Source: Candidatus Woesearchaeota archaeon (lineage in GTDB: Archaea; Nanobdellota; Nanobdellia; SCGC-AAA011-G17; JACPIM01). From it: 64,000 nucleotides of DNA. The position numbers and the translations under genes were made by a program. Location: assembly GCA_964432435.1 (NCBI GenBank), contig CAYSNL010000001.1, positions 10,511 through 74,510 of the forward strand, given 5' to 3'. Of this stretch, positions 56,496 to 64,000 are shown piece by piece; the first letter of the stretch is position 1, and each line of letters opens with the position of its first letter. A model generated the notes under the pieces. That model was not told the origin of the DNA. It saw only the letters and a list, made by a program, of their open reading frames with translations, and searched no databases.

Positions 56496-58121
56496 GTGTC
56501 CCAATCTCTTTTGACATACAAACAAGCACTAACTAATCTAGCTGATAGTTTATTAACTAGAGACGAAAAGTCCATCAAAATAGGTGGATTTTATGAATTT
56601 GTAAGGGATATTTGGTCTAAAAGTTATGAGCATCCTGAGCGTTTCAAGATGTTCCACATCGAAGTAATATGCCATGATGTAGAAGAAGCATTAGCTACTG
56701 GTAAAAATTATGTTTGTGTTCTTCCTCGAGGGTTTTTAAAGTCAACGGTGCCTGGATATGCTTTTTGTATTTGGCGTTTATTGAAAATGGGAAATTCAGA
56801 CAGTACAATTCTTTATACATCATTTTCAGATGGGATGAGTCAATACCATATATCTGAAATGAAGAAACATATAAGGCGTAATCCAATTCTTTCTGAATGG
56901 ATGATAGACAGGAGTCCAAATGCTGACTTTTCATTTAGATATTCTGTAAATGGATTCCAAAAGAATATTTTACATGGTGGGGTTTTGTCATTCAAAAGAG
57001 GGACCCACGTAGATGGGGCAGTGGTGGCGGATGATCTCTTACAGGACCCAGATAATCCAGCCAGGCCTACAGAGATATTAAAGGTTGAAGAATTTTTCTT
57101 TTCAGAGACAATGTATATTCCTAATCCAGGAGTGCCAGTCTTTGTATTAGGGACTCCCTTATTACCGGACGATCTATTATCAAAGCTTAAAAAAGATGAT
57201 CGTTTTTTGTATCGTTTTATGCCGGCCTTAGACCCAATTCCAGGAAGAAGAGTTTTAGCCCCAGAAATTAGAGATGAAGCCCAGTTGTTAAGAGAAAAAG
57301 CTGCAAGACCTCACGCTTTTGCAGCAGAAATGATGCTATCTCCTATGTCTTCTGTGAAGGGATATTTTACTGATACTGATATTAGTAGATGTGAAAATAA
57401 AGATTTAGCATCATTTGATCCATACAAAGAATGGGATTTTAACAGTGAGTTTACAGTTGCTGGGTTTGATGTGGGAAAAAAGAGGCACCCCTCTCATCTA
57501 GCTGTTTATGCAAGTAAAGGAGGTGTACTGAAACAAGTTCATCAAGTATTTCTAGATGGATGGGATTATAATATTCAAAAAGAATATTTAAATACAGTAG
57601 CCAAAAATTTTGCTCTTGATGTAGGATACTATGACAGCACCAGAGGAGAATTAGACGATAGGGGGCTAGATTCTAGGTGGAAGTCATTAAATTTTACCTT
57701 GAAAGACAAGAGAAAAATGGCCCAGGTGTTTGAAGAATTTGTTCAATCAGGAAATTTATCTCTTATTGTTGATGAACGTCAAAAATCGCAAATATTGGCA
57801 GTGGATAATGACTTAGATGCAGCAGAGAGTCCGCTCGGGCATGGAGATTCATTTTGGTCTAATGCTTTAGCATTATTAGCATACAAAGACAAGACAACAG
57901 TTGGGACGCAAGATGTTGGAAATGTTCAGGATATATTTGGAAACGATAAGACTAAAGAAAATATTAATTTTAAAGAATTTGTGCAACCAATAAATTTAGG
58001 CACAGGATGCCCTAATTGTAAAGAATTTGTAGGCTGGATAGAAGAAAGAAAATTATGCTTGATTTGCCAGCATAGATGTAATGATAATTGTATTCATACT
58101 GGAGAGAAAAATGGGGGCTAA
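56496..58121 (+). CDS. Terminase large subunit
   Basis: Deviant Walker A of terminases (VCVLPRGFLKSTV), acidic nuclease-like C-terminal half; GTG start. Confidence 0.55.
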   Translation: MSQSLLTYKQALTNLADSLLTRDEKSIKIGGFYEFVRDIWSKSYEHPERFKMFHIEVICHDVEEALATGKNYVCVLPRGFLKSTVPGYAFCIWRLLKMGNSDSTILYTSFSDGMSQYHISEMKKHIRRNPILSEWMIDRSPNADFSFRYSVNGFQKNILHGGVLSFKRGTHVDGAVVADDLLQDPDNPARPTEILKVEEFFFSETMYIPNPGVPVFVLGTPLLPDDLLSKLKKDDRFLYRFMPALDPIPGRRVLAPEIRDEAQLLREKAARPHAFAAEMMLSPMSSVKGYFTDTDISRCENKDLASFDPYKEWDFNSEFTVAGFDVGKKRHPSHLAVYASKGGVLKQVHQVFLDGWDYNIQKEYLNTVAKNFALDVGYYDSTRGELDDRGLDSRWKSLNFTLKDKRKMAQVFEEFVQSGNLSLIVDERQKSQILAVDNDLDAAESPLGHGDSFWSNALALLAYKDKTTVGTQDVGNVQDIFGNDKTKENINFKEFVQPINLGTGCPNCKEFVGWIEERKLCLICQHRCNDNCIHTGEKNGG

Positions 58122-60354
58122 TTTAACACCACAAGCAAAATATATTTTAGAGCAAAGATATTTAAGACGAGATGAGAATGGAGACATTATTGAAACTCCA
58201 GAACAATTGTTTGAACGAGTGGCAAGGGCAGTCTCTAATGGAGAGCCAATAGAGAGTGACAGACAAATATATTTTCAAAGATTTTATGACTTAATGACTT
58301 CATTGAAATTTTTGCCTAATTCTCCTACATTGGTAAATGCTGGAGTAGAAGGAAAAGGTTGCCTAAGCGCATGTTTTGTTTGCTCCCCCGAAGAAGACAC
58401 GATGGAGTCAATTTTACAAACACAGAAAGATTGGGGGATGATAGAGAAATGGGGTGGCGGAGTAGGAATAGGCTTAAGCATTATTAGGCCAAAAGGTGAC
58501 AGAATCAGTACCACTCACGGAAAGGCATTAGGGCCAGTAGCAATAATGCATATGTTGTCTACAAATGCAAAGCATATAACACAGGGCAGCTTTCGTCTCG
58601 GGGCCCATATGGCTCAATTAGCTGTTTCTCACAATGATATTTTTGAGTTTATCCACTGTAAAGACAAAGATGATACATTAGAGAATTTCAATATTAGTGT
58701 ACAGATAACTGATGAGTTTATGCAGGCCTTAGAAAAAGGGGAGGACTGGCATTTAGTGAATTCTAAAAACAATGAAGTAATGCAGACAATTCCAGCCAAA
58801 CAATTATGGCAGGAAATATGCGGGTCTGCTTGGAAAACAGGAGATCCAGGAGTAGTATTCATAGACCGGGTATGGGAAACAGCCCCAAATCCACAATTAG
58901 GGGGGATTCAGACGAGCAATCCCTGCGGGGAGGAATTTCTTGAAAATTACTCAAATTGTTGTCTCGGTTCCATAGATTTAAGTAAATTTGTTATTGAGGG
59001 AAAGTTTGACTTTGAGGATTTTGATAGAGTAGTTTATTTAGCAATTAGATTTTTAAATGATGTAATTGAAGTTAATACATTCCCAATTCCCCATTTACGT
59101 GAAATGAACTTGAAGACTAGGCGTATTGGTTTGGGAGTAATGGGGTTTGCCGATGCATTGATAAAATTAGGGCTGCCATATGACAGCGAAGCTGCATTAG
59201 GAATGGCTAGATTGATAGGAAAAAAACTAAAAAATTCAGCATGGTTAGAATCTTTTAGATTGGCTGATGAAAGAGGGGCATATTCTGAGTATAAAAATTC
59301 TAGCCTCAAGTATGAATTTAAAAATAAGCCAGTTAGAAATTCTAGTGTCATAACCATAGCTCCTACAGGCACGATTTCGAGATTGGCTAATTGTTCCAGC
59401 GGCATAGAGCCGTGTTTTGATTTAGCTTATTGGTCTAATATTTTATGGACAGATCATGATGGGAAAAGCACTAAATTTCTTGATGTCCCATCTAGTGTGA
59501 AAGACGTACTAGAACGAGATTGGGGGGCGGAGAAAGTTAATGAAATTTTAATAGCTATTGCTAATAATCCAGAGAAAACCCGAGCAATTCTGAAAGCATA
59601 TTATGGAATTAATGCAGACATATTTAGAACAGCAATGGAAATATCTCCTGAATGGCATGTAAAAATGCAGGCGGCATGGCAGGAGAATGTAACAAATTCT
59701 GTATCCAAGACAATAAATCTTCCAGAAGATGCTACTGTAAATGATGTATCCGAGGCTTTTAAATTAGCTTGGGAATTGAAGTGCAAAGCTGTGACTGTAT
59801 ATAGGGACAAATCAAAGTCTATGCAAGTATTAAATAAGGCAGAAGGACTTAGTGAATTAGTAAAAGTTATAGACAATATAAAGCTAGTTGTCAAAGACAG
59901 GCCTGCGGTAATGACTGGAGTTACTGAAAAAGTAAAGACTGGGCACGGAAATGCTTATGTAACAATCAATTTTGAAGGTACAGACCCATTTGAATTATTT
60001 ACTACGTTGGGGAAAGCTGGGGGCTGTGACTCGGCAAATTTAGAAGCAATATCTAGATTAGTATCATTAGCTTTTAGATATGGAATTGATACAAAAGAAG
60101 TAATTGCACAGCTAAAAGGCATTACTTGCTGCCCAGTATGGAATGAAGGCACAATGATAAAATCAACGGCAGATGGAATAGCATATGCAATATCTAAAAA
60201 TGTATTAAAAGAGGATGAAATAAGTTATAATAATAAAATAGGTGGGTCTATAGAGAAAAATGGGCATTTAGTATGCATACAGTGTGGAGGAGAATTGATT
60301 CGTAAAGAAGGTTGCATTGTTTGTAAAGATTGCTCTTGGACTCGTTGTGAGTAA
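58111..60354 (+). CDS. nrdJ: Ribonucleotide reductase catalytic subunit (class II-like, adenosylcobalamin-type) with C-terminal zinc ribbon
   Basis: Active-site loop SNPCGEEFL; N-terminal LEQRYL. C-terminal CIQCGGEL...CIVCKDC zinc ribbon. Start moved to ATG at 58111 with GGAGAG RBS. Confidence 0.8.
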   Translation: MGANLTPQAKYILEQRYLRRDENGDIIETPEQLFERVARAVSNGEPIESDRQIYFQRFYDLMTSLKFLPNSPTLVNAGVEGKGCLSACFVCSPEEDTMESILQTQKDWGMIEKWGGGVGIGLSIIRPKGDRISTTHGKALGPVAIMHMLSTNAKHITQGSFRLGAHMAQLAVSHNDIFEFIHCKDKDDTLENFNISVQITDEFMQALEKGEDWHLVNSKNNEVMQTIPAKQLWQEICGSAWKTGDPGVVFIDRVWETAPNPQLGGIQTSNPCGEEFLENYSNCCLGSIDLSKFVIEGKFDFEDFDRVVYLAIRFLNDVIEVNTFPIPHLREMNLKTRRIGLGVMGFADALIKLGLPYDSEAALGMARLIGKKLKNSAWLESFRLADERGAYSEYKNSSLKYEFKNKPVRNSSVITIAPTGTISRLANCSSGIEPCFDLAYWSNILWTDHDGKSTKFLDVPSSVKDVLERDWGAEKVNEILIAIANNPEKTRAILKAYYGINADIFRTAMEISPEWHVKMQAAWQENVTNSVSKTINLPEDATVNDVSEAFKLAWELKCKAVTVYRDKSKSMQVLNKAEGLSELVKVIDNIKLVVKDRPAVMTGVTEKVKTGHGNAYVTINFEGTDPFELFTTLGKAGGCDSANLEAISRLVSLAFRYGIDTKEVIAQLKGITCCPVWNEGTMIKSTADGIAYAISKNVLKEDEISYNNKIGGSIEKNGHLVCIQCGGELIRKEGCIVCKDCSWTRCE

Positions 60355-60365
60355 AAGGAGATGAA

Positions 60366-60632
60366 ATGGACGGATTACAAATAGGTAGAATAGTTCATTA
60401 TGTATTATGGCCTCATGAAACAAATCATGGTTTTCCAGAACATAAGGCAGCTATAATAACTAATCTTTTTGGCAATGATGGTCTAGCTAATTTAACTGTT
60501 TTTATGGATTGGTCAAATGATAAAAAAGACTCTCCTGGAGATGCTATGAGTGGCCCATTATGTTGGGCAACTTCCAGACCATATAGTGAAGAGCCAAAAC
60601 CTGGAACTTGGCATTGGCCAGAGAAAGTGTAG
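60366..60632 (+). CDS. Hypothetical protein
   Basis: 88-aa ORF with AGGAG RBS. Confidence 0.4.
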   Translation: MDGLQIGRIVHYVLWPHETNHGFPEHKAAIITNLFGNDGLANLTVFMDWSNDKKDSPGDAMSGPLCWATSRPYSEEPKPGTWHWPEKV

Positions 60633-60641
60633 AGGAGATAT

Positions 60642-61148
60642 ATGCCAATAGGAGATAATTTAAGTCGGGTAGACCAGCAATATATAGCAAAAAAAGATGA
60701 TAAGAATACTTGGCGTATTTTGAATTTGTGGCACCCAGAATTAAAGAATTTATCCTCTGGTGAAGATGATGTTCCAGACAATCATCCTGCGGTAACTATA
60801 TTGACAGAGGGGGCATTTTTGGCTCTAGTAAAATCAGCAGTACAGGAAGGGGTAATTCAAAATGCTGTAATGTCTGCTGAAGTGGCACATGATAATTGTG
60901 TTAAAGGGAAAGACCTTGATATATTGTATGATAAAATAGGTAGGGCTGAGGTTGAAATAAATTTTCTTACTAAAAGTGTAACAGAAAAATCTGCGGCTAT
61001 TAAATTATTGGAGGATGAAAATTCATTATTAAAACAAGAAAAGCCTAGATCAGAAGCATTTGAGACTACAAAGTTAGTGGTAGACTCTCTAGTACGATTA
61101 GCCGGGATGAGTAATTTAAAAGATAAGGATGAAAGGAATAAGACTTAA
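60642..61148 (+). CDS. Hypothetical coiled-coil protein
   Basis: 168-aa ORF. Confidence 0.45.
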   Translation: MPIGDNLSRVDQQYIAKKDDKNTWRILNLWHPELKNLSSGEDDVPDNHPAVTILTEGAFLALVKSAVQEGVIQNAVMSAEVAHDNCVKGKDLDILYDKIGRAEVEINFLTKSVTEKSAAIKLLEDENSLLKQEKPRSEAFETTKLVVDSLVRLAGMSNLKDKDERNKT

Positions 61149-61162
61149 TATAGAGAAATAAT

Positions 61163-63082
61163 TTGAAAATATCAGAATATCTTCCAGAGTTACCTGGTCT
61201 AATGCAGCAAGAGCAAAGATTAACTTCTCTTGCTGATCAATTGTCTCTAATAAAAGCTGATTCAGATACATATCGTGCCCCGTCCCTTGGCCTCGATACA
61301 ATTATAAATACCTGGCTTAGAAATCAGTTAGTATATCGCCAAAATATGATGACTGATTTAATGAGAATTTCTAAAACTATAGAAGAAATACGAGCGCCGA
61401 TTCATCATATAACTGCCGAAGTATTTCGTAGGGGTATTTCATGGAAGCCAAAATTCGCTGTTAAGTGCCAGGAATGCCAGACAGAATATAATGATGTCAT
61501 GAAAGAATGTCCTAAATGTCATTCTACAGACCTAATATCTCCAGATGAAGGACAGAAGAAAAAATTAGAAAGTTTTCTTATTGACTGTAACATATTTGAT
61601 AATAGTTTAGAAGAAGTTTTAAGACAGTTTAATTATGACTTAAATGCACTTGATGATGCATTCCTGTATCTCGTTAAAGAATACATGGCTGCTGAAGACG
61701 GAAAAATTAGATCTAAAGTAATCGAAGTGAGGCGATTGGATCCAGCCTTTATGGAGTTTGATTTAGATCCACAAGGTCTTCCTAAGAATAAGTCATTTCT
61801 TTGTTATATTCATAGAGATATAAATGTAGCCACAACTCCTGGGGCTTGTATTGAATGTGGCAGAACATTAGTCCCAGCAATGTATAAATACTATCACAGA
61901 AATAAGCCGATGTATTTGCTTGATACTGAAGTGATACATTCTTCAAAATTTGACCCGAGCGAAACTTACGGTTGGAGCCCCATATTAACTATTTTTGAAA
62001 AGGCAATGACTATTATCGGCATGGATCGTAATATGTATCGTTATTTCTTTGAGCGCAAAATGCCTGCAGGGATGATAATGGTGTTTACGGATAACCCAGA
62101 GAGTCTTATAAAAGAACGGGCAGAGTTAGCCTTAAAGACTAGACAAGACCCAAATTATATTCCAATGGTTGCTGTATCGTCTAAAGGAAATCGTGGAAGA
62201 GTGGACTTTGTAAAGTTATTTCATACATTACAAGAAATGGACTATATGCCTGTAAGAAATGAAATAAGAGAGAGAATAGCATCTATGTGGGGAGTTACCC
62301 CAGCTTGGCAAGGTGCCCCAGATGCATTTGGTGGTATTTCAAATCAGACACAACAATTAACAGTGATGTCTCGTGTAGTAGAAACAGATCAGAGATTATT
62401 TCACGATAAAGTTTTTCCTAGAATTATGGATTCATTTGGAATAACTGATTGGGAGTTAGAGCTTCCCATACCAGAAGAGAAAGCAGAAGCTACCAGAATT
62501 TCATTTGCTCAGCAAAAAATTAGTGCAGCAAATATGCTTCTCCAAATGGGCTTTGATGTAAAGGCTAAATCTCAGGAAGTCGGATTAATTGATATTGATT
62601 TTGTAGTATCTGGTGAAGCAAAGAAGATAGATTATAGTTCAATGATGGGTGGAGGACAAGGGGGACTAGGTGGAATGGGGGGAGAAGGACTGCCAGGAGG
62701 GATTCCTGGATTAGAATTACCTGAAGAAGAGCAACCAAGTCAAAACCAATCACAGCAATACCCTGAACAAGGTTTGAGACTAATGGAAAAAGCACACGGA
62801 TGGGCAGACCAGATATTAAAAGCTGGATATTTTCCGATGATAAAACAAGTAAATCCAGTTGGGCCTGTGATTTGGTTTACTCAAAATAATACTGATTATG
62901 TGGCTAAGTTTGATAATAATATTTTGAAGGATATAAGTAAGGCAATCTTTCCCCGACTTCATGCACATGACGGTCGTCCTCCTCATGATCCAAATATTCC
63001 CCATAATACAGTAGATAGAAAATTACAGAGTGACAGCAAGATTTTCGAAGCAGAAGAGCCAGACGAAGTTGATAATGAATAG
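61163..63082 (+). CDS. Candidate portal protein (639 aa) with inserted zinc ribbon and Gly-rich acidic C-terminus
   Basis: Size and position downstream of terminase genes. CQECQ...CPKC ribbon. C-terminal GGGQGGLGGMGGEG then acidic tail. Confidence 0.4.
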   Translation: MKISEYLPELPGLMQQEQRLTSLADQLSLIKADSDTYRAPSLGLDTIINTWLRNQLVYRQNMMTDLMRISKTIEEIRAPIHHITAEVFRRGISWKPKFAVKCQECQTEYNDVMKECPKCHSTDLISPDEGQKKKLESFLIDCNIFDNSLEEVLRQFNYDLNALDDAFLYLVKEYMAAEDGKIRSKVIEVRRLDPAFMEFDLDPQGLPKNKSFLCYIHRDINVATTPGACIECGRTLVPAMYKYYHRNKPMYLLDTEVIHSSKFDPSETYGWSPILTIFEKAMTIIGMDRNMYRYFFERKMPAGMIMVFTDNPESLIKERAELALKTRQDPNYIPMVAVSSKGNRGRVDFVKLFHTLQEMDYMPVRNEIRERIASMWGVTPAWQGAPDAFGGISNQTQQLTVMSRVVETDQRLFHDKVFPRIMDSFGITDWELELPIPEEKAEATRISFAQQKISAANMLLQMGFDVKAKSQEVGLIDIDFVVSGEAKKIDYSSMMGGGQGGLGGMGGEGLPGGIPGLELPEEEQPSQNQSQQYPEQGLRLMEKAHGWADQILKAGYFPMIKQVNPVGPVIWFTQNNTDYVAKFDNNILKDISKAIFPRLHAHDGRPPHDPNIPHNTVDRKLQSDSKIFEAEEPDEVDNE

Positions 63083-64000
63083 TTGTGAATGTGGTTGTGG
63101 TATAGAGTGTAAGAAGAGATTTGTTCATAATCATCAGAAAAGGAATGTTCATTTATCTGTTGAACACAAAATAAAACTTAGGTTGGCTGGATTGGGAAGA
63201 AAACAGTCTAAAGAGACAATTGAGAAGAGAGTTGCTAAGATAAGAGGAATAGCATGTTCTGAAAATACTAAAAGCAAAATTAGCGAGACATTAAAGAAAT
63301 ATGAAATTACTAAGGTTCATCGGGATGCTCTTTCTAAGTCTAAATATGGGAGGGTATTGAGCGAAGAGCATAAAAATGCTATTAGATTAAATCGTCCAGA
63401 TTTTTCAGGTAATAAACATCCGATGTATGGCAAGCATCACTCAGAATCTACTAGAATTAAAATGTCTTTGTCTCAAAAAGGAAAGAAACATTTATATGCA
63501 TATAAGTTTTCAGAAAAAGATAAAGTTAAAATATCTATAGCTAGAAAAAGTAAGAAATTATCGGAGCATCATATTGAAGCACTGAAAAAGTCTTGGAATA
63601 ACCCAGAAGTAGCAGCTAGAAGATTATTTAGTATTTTAAGAAGTAATTTTAATAGACCCAATAAATCAGAAACAAGGTTGTCTTTACTTTTATCAGATTT
63701 AAATACAGACTTTAAATATGTTGGCAACGGAAGTTTTATTATTGATCATAAAAATCCAGACTTTGTAAATAAAGAATCTAAGAAAATAATTGAGTTACAA
63801 GGTTGTTACTGGCATGGCTGCAAAATTTGTTTCCCAAATTCTAAGAAATCAAATAATTTTCCAGATCGTCAACAAATTTTTAAACCTGCTGGATATGATT
63901 CAATAGAAATCTGGGAGCATGAATTGAAGAGTCCAGAAGTAGTAATTAGCAAAGTTAAGGATTTTAATAGTTTAGATGAAATTGAAAAGGCATGTAAAGA
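63075..64000 (+). CDS. Homing-endonuclease-like protein with NUMOD3 repeats and Vsr-like PD-(D/E)xK domain (3' partial, runs off window)
   Basis: ATG at 63075 overlaps the portal stop (ATGAATAG). Repeated EEHKxKI/ESTRIKMS NUMOD3-like helices. C-terminal IIDHKNP...ELQGCYWHGC resembles Vsr DGCFWHGH. Confidence 0.55.
   Translation, partial: MNSCECGCGIECKKRFVHNHQKRNVHLSVEHKIKLRLAGLGRKQSKETIEKRVAKIRGIACSENTKSKISETLKKYEITKVHRDALSKSKYGRVLSEEHKNAIRLNRPDFSGNKHPMYGKHHSESTRIKMSLSQKGKKHLYAYKFSEKDKVKISIARKSKKLSEHHIEALKKSWNNPEVAARRLFSILRSNFNRPNKSETRLSLLLSDLNTDFKYVGNGSFIIDHKNPDFVNKESKKIIELQGCYWHGCKICFPNSKKSNNFPDRQQIFKPAGYDSIEIWEHELKSPEVVISKVKDFNSLDEIEKACK

Noticed and set aside
58081-58110. Track start of the RNR ORF at 58081 (MIIVFILERK...)
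   Set aside because: The ATG at 58111 is preceded by GGAGAG and begins the conserved N-terminus. The earlier start would give a 41-nt overlap with terminase.

Overview
This 64 kb window reads as a contiguous stretch of an AT-rich tailed dsDNA phage genome (Caudoviricetes-like). Every convincing gene is on the + strand; the minus-strand ORFs in the track are shadows of + strand genes. From left to right it holds:
(1) Morphogenesis, 1-25.3 kb. It opens with the C-terminal fragment of a probable capsid-type protein followed by a strong terminator hairpin. Two tandem paralogous small genes follow. Next come many virion proteins, including a 1416-aa fibre protein and a 456-aa paralog built from a reiterated ~85-aa module. 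There is a Gly-rich beta-helix protein. The probable tail-tube / chaperone / tape-measure / distal-tail / 1011-aa fibre block contains a near-textbook -1 programmed frameshift signal.
(2) Host-takeover block, 25.3-30.6 kb. Small Zn-ribbon proteins, a sigma-factor-like protein, an unmistakable translation initiation factor IF3 homolog, a tRNA-Leu(UAA)-like gene and a small CDA-fold deaminase.
(3) Replication and nucleotide-metabolism block, 30.6-52.5 kb. SNF2 helicase, DEDD exonuclease, DnaB-like helicase, tRNA-Met(CAU) and tRNA-Ile(UAU), DnaG-like primase, an SSB-like protein and an iteron-like GGACCT repeat array. After these come a GT4-type glycosyltransferase, a P-loop kinase fused to a UDG-fold domain, and family A DNA polymerase. 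Next is a ThyA-family enzyme carrying the Asn-to-Asp change diagnostic of dCMP hydroxymethylases. It is followed by a MazG-like NTP pyrophosphatase, ThyX, dCMP deaminase, Dam-like methyltransferase, RecA-like recombinase, nucleases, a RuvC-like resolvase and an AAA ATPase.
(4) 53-64 kb. A full-length NAD(P)-dependent aldehyde dehydrogenase and a HAD nucleotidase. Then small and large terminase, a class II-like ribonucleotide reductase with a C-terminal Zn ribbon, a portal-like protein, and a NUMOD3/Vsr-like homing endonuclease running off the window end.
The most interesting system is the apparent cytosine hypermodification pathway: hydroxymethylase-type ThyA paralog, MazG, dNMP kinase-UDG fusion, glycosyltransferase, ThyX, dCMP deaminase and Dam. 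It is accompanied by phage-encoded translation factors (IF3 plus three tRNAs).
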